Of a stretch of DNA of 49,073 bases, positions 23,801 to 38,800 are shown piece by piece. The translations under genes and the position numbers were made by a program. Source of the stretch: Squalus acanthias (lineage: Eukaryota); assembly GCA_030390025.1 (NCBI GenBank), contig JASTWF010001162.1:62001-111073 (forward strand), read 5' to 3'. The notes below the pieces were generated by a model. That model made no database searches, was not told the origin of the DNA, and saw only the letters and a list, made by a program, of their open reading frames with translations. The stretch's first letter is position 1; every line of letters begins with the position of its first letter.

Positions 23801-26800
23801 AGAGAGTTCACAAACCTGAACATGGTGGGGATTACAGACACACAGTGATACAGAGCACGGAGAGAGTTCACAAACCTGAACATGGTGGGGATTACAGACA
23901 CAGTGATACAGAGCACGGAGAGAGTTCACAAACCTGAACATGGTGGGGATTACAGACACAGTGATACAGAGCACGGAGAGAGTTCACAAACCTGAACATG
24001 GTGAGGATTACAGACACACAGTGATACAGAGCACGGAGAGAGTTCACAAACCTGAACATGGTGGAGATTACAGACGCACAGTGATACAGAGCACGGAGAG
24101 AGTTCACAAACCTGAACATGGTGGGGATTACAGACACACAGTGATAGAGAGCACGGAGAGAGTTCACAAACCTGAACATGGTGGGGATTACAGACACACA
24201 GTGATACAGAGCACGGAGAGAGTTCACAAACCTGAACATGGTGGGGATTACAGACACACAGTGATACAGAGCACGGAGAGAGTTCACAAACCTGAACATG
24301 GTGGGGATTACAGACACACAGTGATACAGAGCACGGAGAGAGTTCACAAACCTGAACATGATGGGGATTACAGACACACAGTGATACAGAGCACGGAGAG
24401 AGTTCACAAACCTGACATGGTGGGGATTACAGACACAGTGATACAGAGCACGGAGAGAGTTCACAAACCTGAACATGGTGAGGATTACAGACACACAGTG
24501 ATACAGAGCACGGAGAGAGTTCACAAACCTGAACATGGTGAGGATTACAGACTCACAGTGATACAGAGCACGGAGAGAGTTCACAAACCTGAACATGGTG
24601 GGGATTACAGACACACAGTGATACAGAGCACGGAGAGAGTTCACAAACCTGAACATGGTGAGGATTACAGACACACAGTGATACAGAGCACGGAGAGAGT
24701 TCACAAACCTGAACATGGCCTGGATTACAGACTCACAGTGATACAGAGCACGGAGAGAGTTCACAAACCTGAACATGGTGGGGATTACAGACACAGTGAT
24801 ACAGAGCACGGAGAGAGTTCACAAACCTGAACATGGTGAGGATTACAGACACACAGTGACAGACAGCACGGAGAGAGTTCACAAACCTGAACATGGTGGG
24901 GTTAATGATACACAGTGATAGAGAGCACGAGAGAGTTCACAAACCTGAACATGGTGGGGATTACAGACACACAGTGATACAGAGCACGGAGAGAGTTCAC
25001 AAACCTGAATTTGGTGGGGATTACAGACACACAGTGATACAGAGCAGGGAGAGAGTTCACAAATCTGGACATGGTGGGGATTACAGACAGTGAGACAGAG
25101 CACGGAGAGAGTTCACAAACCTGAACATGGTGAGGATTACAGACTCACAGTGATAGAGAGCACGGAGAGAGTTCACAAACCTGAACATGGTGAGGATTAC
25201 AGACACACAGTGATACAGAGCACGGAGAGAGTTCACAAACCTGAACATGGTGGGGATTACAGACACACAGTGATAGAGAGCACGGAGAGAGTTCACAAAC
25301 CTGAACATGGTGGGGATTACAGACACACAGTGATACAGAGCACGGAGAGAGTTCACAAACCTGAACATGGTGGGGATTACAGACACAGTGATACAGAGCA
25401 CGGAGAGAGTTCACAAACCTGAACATGGTGGGATTACAGACACACAGTGATACAGAGCACGGAGAGAGTTCACAAACCTGAACATGGCCTGGATTACAGA
25501 CACACAGTGATACAGAGCACGGAGAGAGTTCACAAACCTGAACATGGTGAGGATTACAGACACACAGTGATACAGAGCACGGAGAGAGTTCACAAACCTG
25601 AACATGGTGGGATTACAGACACACAGTGATAGAGAGCACGGAGAGAGTTCACAAACCTGAACATGGTGGGGATTACAGACACACAGTGATACAGAGCACG
25701 GAGAGAGTTCACAAACCTGAACATGGTGGGGATTACAGACACACAGTGATACAGAGCACGGAGAGAGTTCACAAACCTGAACATGGTGGGATTACAGACA
25801 CACAGTGATACAGAGCACGGAGAGAGTTCACAAACCTGAACATGGTGAGGATTACAGACACACAGTGATACAGAGCACGGAGAGAGTTCACAAACCTGAA
25901 CATGGTGGGGATTACAGACACACAGTGATACAGAGCACGGAGAGAGTTCACAAACCTGAACATGGTGAGGATTACAGACACACAGTGATACAGAGCACGG
26001 AGAGAGTTCACAAACCTGAACATGGTGAGGATTACAGACACACAGTGATACAGAGCACGGAGAGAGTTCACAAACCTGAACATGGCCGGGATTACAGACA
26101 CACAGTGATACAGAGCACGGAGAGAGTTCACAAACCTGAACATGGTGGGGATTACAGACACAGTGATACAGAGCACGGAGAGAGTTCACAAACCTGAACA
26201 TGGTGAGGATTACAGACACACAGTGATAGAGAGCACGGAGAGAGTTCACAAACCTGAACATGGTGGGGATTACAGACACACAGTGATACAGAGCACGGAG
26301 AGAGTTCACAAACCTGAACATGGTGGGGATTACAGACACACAGTGATACTGAGCACGGAGAGAGTTCACAAACCTGAACATGGTGAGGATTACAGACACA
26401 CAGTGATACAGAGCACGGAGAGAGTTCACAAACCTGAACATGGTGGGGATTACAGACACACAGTGATACAGAGCACGGAGAGAGTTCACAAACCTGAACA
26501 TGGTGAGGATTACAGACACACAGTGATAGAGAGCACGGAGAGAGTTCACAAACCTGAACATGGTGGGGATTACAGACACACAGTGATACAGAGCACGGAG
26601 AGAGTTCACAAACCTGAACATGGTGGGGATTACAGACACACAGTGATGCAGAGCACGGAGAGAGTTCACAAACCTGAACATGGTGGGGATTACAGACACA
26701 CAGTGATACAGAGCACGGAGAGAGTTCACAAACCTGAACATGGTGGGGATTACAGACACACAGTGATACAGAGCACGGAGAGAGTTCACAAACCTGAACA

Positions 26801-29800
26801 TGGTGGGGATTACAGACAGTGATACAGAGCACGGAGAGAGTTCACAAACCTGAACATGGTGAGGATTACAGACTCACAGTGATAGAGAGCACGGAGAGAG
26901 TTCACAAACCTGAACATGGTGAGGATTACAGACACACAGTGATACAGAGCACGGAGAGAGTTCACAAACCTGAACATGGCCTGGATTACAGACTCACAGT
27001 GATACAGAGCACGGAGAGAGTTCACAAACCTGAACATGGTGGGGATTACAGACACACAGTGATACAGAGCACGGAGAGAGTTCACAAACCTGAACATGGT
27101 GGGATTACAGACACACAGTGATACAGAGCACGGAGAGAGTTCACAAACCTGAACATGGTGAGGATTACAGACACACAGTGATACAGAGCACGGAGAGAGT
27201 TCACAAACCTGAACATGGTGGAGATTACAGACACACAGTGATACAGAGCACGGAGAGAGTTCACAAACCTGAACATGGTGGGATTACAGACACAGTGATA
27301 CAGAGCACGGAGAGAGTTCACAAACCTGAACATGGTGGGGATTACAGACACAGTGATACAGAGCACGGAGAGAGTTCACAAACCTGAACATGGTGAGGAT
27401 TACAGACACACAGTGATACAGAGCACGGAGAGAGTTCACAAACCTGAACATGGTGAGGATTACAGACACACAGTGATACAGAGCACGGAGAGAGTTCACA
27501 AACCTGAACATGGTGGGATTACAGACACACAGTGATACAGAGCACGGAGAGAGTTCACAAACCTGAACATGGCCTGGATTACAGACTCACAGTGATACAG
27601 AGCACGGAGAGAGTTCACAAACCTGAACATGGTGAGGATTACAGACACACAGTGATACAGAGCACGGAGAGAGTTCACAAACCTGAACATGGTGGGGATT
27701 ACAGACACACAGTGATACAGAGCACGGAGAGAGTTCACAAACCTGAACATGGTGAGGATTACAGACACACAGTGATACAGAGCACGGAGAGAGTTCACAA
27801 ACCTGAACATGGTGGGGATTACAGACACACAGTGATACAGAGCACGGAGAGAGTTCACAAACCTGAACATGGTGGGGATTACAGACACACAGTGACAGAC
27901 AGCACGGAGAGAGTTCACAAACCTGAACATGGTGGGGATTACAGACACACAGTGATAGAGAGCACGAGAGAGTTCACAAACCTGAACATGGTGGGGATTA
28001 CAGACACACAGTGATACAGAGCACGGAGAGAGTTCACAAACCTGAACTTGGTGGGGATTACAGACACACAGTGATACAGAGCAGGGAGAGAGTTCACAAA
28101 CCTGGACATGGTGGGGATTACAGACAGTGAGACAGAGCCCGGAGAGAGTTCACAAACCTGAACATGGTGAGGATTACAGACACACAGTGATAGAGAGCAC
28201 GGAGAGAGTTCACAAACCTGAACATGGTGAGGATTACAGACACACAGTGATACAGAGCACGGAGAGAGATCACAAACCTGAACATGGTGGGGATTACAGA
28301 CACACAGCGATAGAGAGCACGGAGAGAGTTCACAAACCTGAACATGGTGGGGATTACAGACACACAGTGATACAGAGCACGGAGAGAGTTCACAAACCTG
28401 AACATGGTGGGGATTACAGACACACAGTGATACAGAGCACGGAGAGAGTTCACAAACCTGAACATGGTGGGGATTACAGACACACAGTGATACAGAGCAC
28501 GGAGAGAGTTCACAAACCTGAACATGGTGAGGATTACAGACACACAGTGATACAGAGCACGGAGAGAGTTCACAAACCTGAACATGGTGGGGATTACAGA
28601 CACACAGTGATACAGAGCACGGAGAGAGTTCACAAACCTGAACATGGTGAGGATTACAGACACACAGTGATAGAGAGCACGGAGAGAGTTCACAAACCTG
28701 AACATGGTGGGGATTACAGACACACAGTGATACAGAGCACGGAGAGAGTTCACAAACCTGAACATGGTGGGGATTACAGACACACAGTGATACAGAGCAC
28801 GGAGAGAGTTCACAAACCTGAACATGGTGAGGATTACAGACACACAGTGATACAGAGCACGGAGAGAGTTCACAAACCTGAACATGGTGGAGATTACAGA
28901 CGCACAGTGATACAGAGCACGGAGAGAGTTCACAAACCTGAACATGGTGGGGTTTACAGACACACAGCGATAGAGAGCACGGAGAGATATCACAAACCTG
29001 AACATGGTGGGGATTACAGACACACAGCGATAGAGAGCACGGAGAGAGATCACGAACCTGAACATGGTGGGGATTAAAGACACACAGTGATAGAGAACAC
29101 AGAGAGTGTTCACAAACCTGAACATGGTGGGGATTACAGACACACAGTGACACTGAGCACGGAGAGAGTGCACAAACCTTTACATGGTGGGGATTACAGA
29201 CACACAGTGATACAGAGCACGGAGAGAGTTCACAAACTGAACATGGTGAGGATTACAGACACACAGTGATACAGAGCACGGAGAGAGTTCACAAACCTGA
29301 ACATGATGGGGATTACAGACACACACAGTGATACAGAGCACGGAGAGAGTTCACAAACTGAACATGGTGAGGATTACAGACACACAGTGATAGAGAGCAC
29401 GGAGAGAGTTCACAAACCTGAACATGGTGGGGATTACAGACACACAGTGATACAGAGCACGGAGAGAGTTCACAAACCTGAACATGGTGGGGATTACAGA
29501 CACAGTGATACAGAGCACGGAGAGAGTTCACAAACCTGAACATGGTGGGGATTACAGACACAGTGATACAGAGCACGGAGAGAGTTCACAAACCTGAACA
29601 TGGTGAGGATTACAGACACACAGTGATACAGAGCACGGAGAGAGTTCACAAACCTGAACATGGTGGGGATTACAGACACAGTGATACAGAGCACGGAGAG
29701 AGTTCACAAACCTGAACATGGTGGGGATTACAGACACACAGTGATACAGAGCACGGAGAGAGTTCACAAACCTGAACATGGTGAGGATTACAGACACACA

Positions 29801-32800
29801 GTGATACAGAGCACGGAGAGAGTTCACAAACCTGAACATGGTGGGGATTACAGACACACAGTGATACAGAGCACGGAGAGAGTTCACAAACCTGAACATG
29901 GTGGGGATTACAGACACACAGTGATACAGAGCACGGAGAGAGTTCACAAACCTGAACATGGTGGGGATTACAGACACACAGTGATACAGAGCACGGAGAG
30001 AGTTCACAAACCTGAACATGGTGGGGATTACAGACACACAGTGATACAGAGCACGGAGAGAGTTCACAAACCTGACATGGTGGGGATTACAGACACAGTG
30101 ATACAGAGCACGGAGAGAGTTCACAAACCTGAACATGGTGAGGATTACAGACACACAGTGATACAGAGCACGGAGAGAGTTCACAAACCTGAACATGGCT
30201 GGGATTACAGACACACAGTGATACAGAGCACGGAGAGAGTTCACAAACCTGAACATGGCTGGGATTACAGACTCACAGTGATACAGAGCACGGAGAGAGT
30301 TCACAAACCTGAACATGGTGGGGATTACAGACACACAGTGATAGAGAGCACGGAGAGAGTTCACAAACCTGAACATGGTGGGATTACAGACACACAGTGA
30401 TACAGAGCACGGAGAGAGTTCACAAACCTGAACATGGTGGGGATTACAGACACACAGTGATACAGAGCACGGAGAGAGTTCACAAACCTGAACATGGTGG
30501 GGATTACAGACACAGTGATACAGAGCACGGAGAGAGTTCACAAACCTGAACATGGTGAGGATTACAGACACAGTGATACAGAGCACGGAGAGAGTTCACA
30601 AACCTGAACATGGTGAGGATTACAGACACACAGTGATACAGAGCACGGAGAGAGTTCACAAACCTGAACATGGTGGGGATTACAGACACACAGTGATAGA
30701 GAGCACGGAGAGAGTTCACAAACCTGAACATGGTGGGGATTACAGACACACAGTGATACAGAGCACGGAGAGAGTTCACAAACCTGAACATGGTGGGGAT
30801 TACAGACACACAGTGATACAGAGCACGGAGAGAGTTCACAAACCTGAACATGGTGGGGATTACAGACACACAGTGATACAGAGCACGGAGAGAGTTCACA
30901 AACCTGAACATGGTGAGGATTACAGACACACAGTGATAGAGAGCACGGAGAGAGTTCACAAACCTGAACATGGTGAGGATTACAGACACACAGTGATACA
31001 GAGCACGGAGAGAGTTCACAAACCTGAACATGGTGGGGATTACAGACACACAGTGATAGAGAGCACGGAGAGAGATCACAAACCTGAACATGGTGGGGAT
31101 TACAGACACACAGTGATAGAGAGCACGGAGAGAGTTCACAAACCTGAACATGGTGGGGATTACAGACACACAGTGATACAGAGCACGGAGAGAGTTCACA
31201 AACCTGAACATGGTGGGGATTACAGACACACAGTGATACAGAGCACGGAGAGAGTTCACAAACCTGAACATGGTGAGGATTACAGACACACAGTGATACA
31301 GAGCACGGAGAGAGTTCACAAACCTGAACATGGTGGGGATTACAGACACACAGTGATACAGAGCACGGAGAGAGTTCACAAACCTGAACATGGTGAGGAT
31401 TACAGACACACAGTGATAGAGAGCACGGAGAGAGTTCACAAACCTGAACATGGTGGGGATTACAGACACACAGTGATACAGAGCACGGAGAGAGTTCACA
31501 AACCTGAACATGGTGGGGATTACAGACACAGTGATACAGAGCACGGAGAGAGTTCACAAACCTGAACATGGTGGGATTTGAGACACACAGTGATACAGAG
31601 CACGGAGAGAGTTCACAAACCTGAACATGGTGGGATTACAGACACACAGTGATACAGAGCACGGAGAGAGTTCACAAACCTGAACATGGTGAGGATTACA
31701 GACACACAGTGATACAGAGCACGGAGAGAGTTCACAAACCTGAACATGGTGGGATTACAGACACACAGTGATAGAGAGCACGGAGAGAGTTCACAAACCT
31801 GAACATGGTGGGGATTACAGACACACAGTGATACAGAGCACGGAGAGAGTTCACAAACCTGAACATGGTGGGGATTACAGACACACAGTGATACAGAGCA
31901 CGGAGAGAGTTCACAAACCTGAACATGGTGGGATTACAGACACACAGTGATACAGAGCACGGAGAGAGTTCACAAACCTGAACATGGTGAGGATTACAGA
32001 CACACAGTGATACAGAGCACGGAGAGAGTTCACAAACCTGAACATGGTGGGGATTACAGACACACAGTGATACAGAGCACGGAGAGAGTTCACAAACCTG
32101 AACATGGTGAGGATTACAGACACACAGTGATACAGAGCACGGAGAGAGTTCACAAACCTGAACATGGTGAGGATTACAGACACACAGTGATACAGAGCAC
32201 GGAGAGAGTTCACAAACCTGAACATGGCCTGGATTACAGACACACAGTGATACAGAGCACGGAGAGAGTTCACAAACCTGAACATGGTGGGGATTACAGA
32301 CACAGTGATACAGAGCACGGAGAGAGTTCACAAACCTGAACATGGTGAGGATTACAGACACACAGTGATAGAGAGCACGGAGAGAGTTCACAAACCTGAA
32401 CATGGTGGGGATTACAGACACACAGTGATAGAGAGCACGAGAGAGTTCACAAACCTGAACATGGTGGGGATTACAGACACACAGTGATACAGAGCACGGA
32501 GAGAGTTCACAAACCTGAACATGGTGGGGATTACAGACACACAGTGATACAGAGCACGGAGAGAGTTCACAAACCTGAACATGGTGAGGATTACAGACAC
32601 ACAGTGATACAGAGCACGGAGAGAGTTCACAAACCTGAACATGGTGGGGATTACAGACACACAGTGATACAGAGCACGGAGAGAGTTCACAAACCTGAAC
32701 ATGGTGAGGATTACAGACACACAGTGATAGAGAGCACGGAGAGAGTTCACAAACCTGAACATGGTGGGGATTACAGACACACAGTGATACAGAGCACGGA

Positions 32801-35800
32801 GAGAGTTCACAAACCTGAACATGGTGGGGATTACAGACACACAGTGATACAGAGCACGGAGAGAGTTCACAAACCTGAACATGGCGGGGATTACAGACAC
32901 ACAGTGATACAGAGCACGGAGAGAGTTCACAAACCTGAACATGGTGGGGATTACAGACACACAGTGATACAGAGCACGGAGAGAGTTCACAAACCTGACA
33001 TGGTGGGGATTACAGACACAGTGATACAGAGCACGGAGAGAGTTCACAAACCTGAACATGGTGAGGATTACAGACACACAGTGATAGAGAGCACGGAGAG
33101 AGTTCACAAACCTGAACATGGTGAGGATTACAGACACACAGTGATACAGAGCACGGAGAGAGTTCACAAACCTGAACATGGCCTGGATTACAGACTCACA
33201 GTGATACAGAGCACGGAGAGAGTTCACAAACCTGAACATGGTGGGGATTACAGACACAGTGATACAGAGCACGGAGAGAGTTCACAAACCTGAACATGGT
33301 GGGGATTACAGACACACAGTGATACAGAGCACGGAGAGAGTTCACAAACCTGAACATGGTGAGGATTACAGACACACAGTGATACAGAGCACGGAGAGAG
33401 TTCACAAACCTGAACATGGTGGGGATTACAGACACACAGTGATAGAGAGCACGGAGAGAGTTCACAAACCTGAACATGGTGGGGATTACAGACACACAGT
33501 GATACAGAGCACGGAGAGAGTTCACAAACCTGAACATGGTGGGGATTACAGACACACAGTGATACAGAGCACGGAGAGAGTTCACAAACCTGAACATGGT
33601 GGGGATTACAGACACAGTGATACAGAGCACGGAGAGAGTTCACAAACCTGAACATGGTGAGGATTACAGACACACAGTGATAGAGAGCACGGAGAGAGTT
33701 CACAAACCTGAACATGGTGAGGATTACAGACACACAGTGATACAGAGCACGGAGAGAGTTCACAAACCTGAACATGGTGGGGATTACAGACACACAGTGA
33801 TAGAGAGCACGGAGAGAGTTCACAAACCTGAACATGGTGGGGATTACAGACACACAGTGATACAGAGCACGGAGAGAGTTCACAAACCTGAACATGGTGG
33901 GGATTACAGACACACAGTGATACAGAGCACGGAGAGAGTTCACAAACCTGAACATGGTGAGGATTACAGACACACAGTGATACAGAGCACGGAGAGAGTT
34001 CACAAACCTGAACATGGTGGGGATTACAGACACACAGTGATACAGAGCACGGAGAGAGTTCACAAACCTGAACATGGTGAGGATTACAGACACACAGTGA
34101 TAGAGAGCACGGAGAGAGTTCACAAACCTGAACATGGTGGGGATTACAGACACACAGTGATACAGAGCACGGAGAGAGTTCACAAACCTGAACATGGTGG
34201 GGATTACAGACACAGTGATACAGAGCACGGAGAGAGTTCACAAACCTGAACATGGTGGGGATTACAGACACACAGTGATACAGAGCACGGAGAGAGTTCA
34301 CAAACCTGAACATGGTGAGGATTACAGACACACAGTGATACAGAGCACGGAGAGAGTTCACAAACCTGAACATGGTCTGGATTACAGACTCACAGTGATA
34401 CAGAGCACGGAGAGAGTTCACAAACCTGAACATGGCCTGGATTACAGACTCACAGTGATACAGAGCACGGAGAGAGTTCACAAACCTGAACATGGTGAGG
34501 ATTACAGACACACAGTGATACAGAGCACGGAGAGAGTTCACAAACCTGAACATGGTGAGGATTACAGACACACAGTGATACAGAGCACGGAGAGAGTTCA
34601 CAAACCTGAACATGGCCTGGATTACAGACACACAGTGATACAGAGCACGGAGAGAGTTCACAAACCTGAACATGGTGGGGATTACAGACACAGTGATACA
34701 GAGCACGGAGAGAGTTCACAAACCTGAACATGGTGGGGATTACAGACACACAGTGATACAGAGCACGGAGAGAGTTCACAAACCTGGACATGGTGGGGAT
34801 TACAGACAGTGAGACAGAGCACGGAGAGAGTTCACAAACCTGAACATGGTGAGGATTACAGACACACAGTGATAGAGAGCACGGAGAGAGTTCACAAACC
34901 TGAACATGGTGAGGATTACAGACACACAGTGATACAGAGCACGGAGAGAGTTCACAAACCTGAACATGGTGGGATTACAGACACACAGTGATACAGAGCA
35001 CGGAGAGAGTTCACAAACCTGAACATGGTGGGATTACAGACACACAGTGATACAGAGCACGGAGAGAGTTCACAAACCTGAACATGGTGGGGATTACAGA
35101 CACACAGTGATACAGAGCACGGAGAGAGTTCACAAACCTGAACATGGTGGGGATTACAGACACACAGTGATACAGAGCACGGAGAGAGTTCACAAACCTG
35201 AACATGGTGGGGATTACAGACACACAGTGATAGAGAGCACGGAGAGAGTTCACAAACCTGAACATGGTGGGGATTACAGACACACAGTGATACAGAGCAC
35301 GGAGAGAGTTCACAAACCTGAACATGGTGGGGATTACAGACACACAGTGATACAGAGCACGGAGAGAGTTCACAAACCTGACATGGTGGGGATTACAGAC
35401 ACAGTGATACAGAGCACGGAGAGAGTTCACAAACCTGAACATGGTGAGGATTACAGACACACAGTGATAGAGAGCACGGAGAGAGTTCACAAACCTGAAC
35501 ATGGTGAGGATTACAGACACACAGTGATACAGAGCACGGAGAGAGTTCACAAACCTGAACATGGTGGGGATTACAGACACACAGCGATAGAGAGCACGGA
35601 GAGAGTTCACAAACCTGAACATGGTGGGGATTACAGACACACAGTGATAGAGAGCACAGAGAGAGTTCACAAACCTGAACATGGTGGGGATTACAGACAC
35701 ACAGTGACACAGAGCACGGAGAGAGTTCACAAACCTTTACATGGTGGGGATTACAGACACACAGTGATACAGAGCACGGAGAGAGTTCACAAACTGAACA

Positions 35801-38800
35801 TGGTGAGGATTACAGACACACAGTGATACAGAGCACGGAGAGAGTTCACAAACCTGAACATGGTGGGGATTACAGACACACAGTGATACAGAGCACGGAG
35901 AGAGTTCACAAACCTGAACATGGTGAGGATTACAGACACACAGTGATAGAGAGCACGGAGAGAGTTCACAAACCTGAACATGGTGGGGATTACAGACACA
36001 CAGTGATACAGAGCACGGAGAGAGTTCACAAACCTGAACATGGTGGGGATTACAGACACACAGTGATACAGAGCACGGAGAGAGTTCACAAACCTGAACA
36101 TGGTGAGGATTACAGACACACAGTGATACAGAGCACGGAGAGAGTTCACAAACCTGAACATGGTGGGGATTACAGACACACAGTGATACAGAGCACGGAG
36201 AGAGTTCACAAACCTGAACATGGTGGGGATTACAGACCACAGTGATACAGAGCACGGAGAGAGTTCACAAACCTGAACATGGTGGGGATTACAGACACAC
36301 AGTGATACAGAGCACGGAGAGAGTTCACAAACCTGAACATGGTGGGGATTACAGACACACAGTGATACAGAGCACGGAGAGAGTTCACAAACCTGAACAT
36401 GGTGGGGATTACAGACACACAGTGATACAGAGCACGGAGAGAGTTCACAAACCTGAACATGGTGGGGATTACAGACACACAGTGATACAGAGCACGGAGA
36501 GAGTTCACAAACCTGAACATGGTGAGGATTACAGACACACAGTGATAGAGAGCACGGAGAGAGTTCACAAACCTGAACATGGTGGGGATTACAGACACAC
36601 AGTGATACAGAGCACGGAGAGAGTTCACAAACCTGAACATGGTGGGGATTACAGACACACAGTGATACAGAGCACGGAGAGAGTTCACAAACCTGAACAT
36701 GGTGGGGATTACAGACACACAGTGATACAGAGCACGGAGAGAGTTCACAAACCTGAACATGGTGAGGATTACAGACACACAGTGATACAGAGCACGGAGA
36801 GAGTTCACAAACCTGAACATGGTGGGATTACAGACACACAGTGATACAGAGCACGGAGAGAGTTCACAAACCTGAACATGGTGGGATTACAGACACACAG
36901 TGATACAGAGCACGGAGAGAGTTCACAAACCTGAACATGGTGAGGATTACAGACACACAGTGATACAGAGCACGGAGAGAGTTCACAAACCTGAACATGG
37001 TGAGGATTACAGACACACAGTGATACAGAGCACGGAGAGAGTTCACAAACCTGAACATGGTGGGATTACAGACACACAGTGATACAGAGCACGGAGAGAG
37101 TTCACAAACCTGAACATGGTGGGGATTACAGACACACAGTGATACAGAGCACGGAGAGAGTTCACAAACCTGAACATGGTGGGGATTACAGACACACAGT
37201 GATACAGAGCACGGAGAGAGTTCACAAACCTGAACATGGTGGGGATTACAGACACACAGTGATACAGAGCACGGAGAGAGTTCACAAACCTGAACATGGT
37301 GGGGATTACAGACACACAGTGATACAGAGCACGGAGAGAGTTCACAAACCTGAACATGGTGGGGATTACAGACACACAGTGATACAGAGCACGGAGAGAG
37401 TTCACAAACCTGAACATGGTGAGGATTACAGACACACAGTGATACAGAGCACGGAGAGAGTTCACAAACCTGAACATGGTGGGGATTACAGACACACAGT
37501 GATACAGAGCACGGAGAGAGTTCACAAACCTGAACATGGTGGGATTACAGACACACAGTGATACAGAGCACGGAGAGAGTTCACAAACCTGAACATGGTG
37601 GGATTACAGACACACAGTGATACAGAGCACGGAGAGAGTTCACAAACCTGAACATGGTGGGGATTACAGACACACAGTGATACAGAGCACGGAGAGAGTT
37701 CACAAACCTGAACATGGTGGGATTACAGACACACAGTGATACAGAGCACGGAGAGAGTTCACAAACCTGAACATGGTGGGGATTACAGACACACAGTGAT
37801 ACAGAGCACGGAGAGAGTTCACAAACCTGAACATGGTGGGGATTACAGACACACAGTGATACAGAGCACGGAGAGAGTTCACAAACCTGAACATGGTGGG
37901 GATTACAGACACACAGTGATAGAGAGCACGAGAGAGTTCACAAACCTGAACATGGTGGGGATTACAGACACACAGTGATACAGAGCACGGAGAGAGTTCA
38001 CAAACCTGAACATGGTGGGGATTACAGACACACAGTGATACAGAGCACGGAGAGAGTTCACAAACCTGAACATGGTGGGGATTACAGACACACAGTGATA
38101 CAGAGCACGGAGAGAGTTCACAAACCTGAACATGGTGAGGATTACAGACACACAGTGATACAGAGCACGGAGAGAGTTCACAAACCTGAACATGGTGAGG
38201 ATTACAGACACACAGTGATACAGAGCACGGAGAGAGTTCACAAACCTGAACATGGTGGGGATTACAGACACACAGTGATAGACAGCACGGAGAGAGTTCA
38301 CAAACCTGAACATGGTGGGGTTACAGACACACAGTGATAGAGAGCACGGAGAGAGTTCACAAACCTGAACATGGTGGGGATTACAGACACACAGTGATAC
38401 AGAGCACGGAGAGAGTTCACAAACCTGAACATGGTGGGGATTACAGACACACAGTGATACAGAGCACGGAGAGAGTTCACAAACCTGAACATGGTGGGAT
38501 TACAGACACACAGTGATACAGAGCACGGAGAGAGTTCACAAACCTGAACATGGTGGGGATTACAGACACACAGTGATACAGAGCACGGAGAGAGTTCACA
38601 AACCTGAACATGGTGAGGATTACAGACACACAGTGATAGAGAGCACGGAGAGAGTTCACAAACCTGAACATGGTGGGGATTACAGACACACAGTGATACA
38701 GAGCACGGAGAGAGTTCACAAACCTGAACATGGTGGGGATTACAGACACACAGTGATACAGAGCACGGAGAGAGTTCACAAACCTGAACATGGTGAGGAT

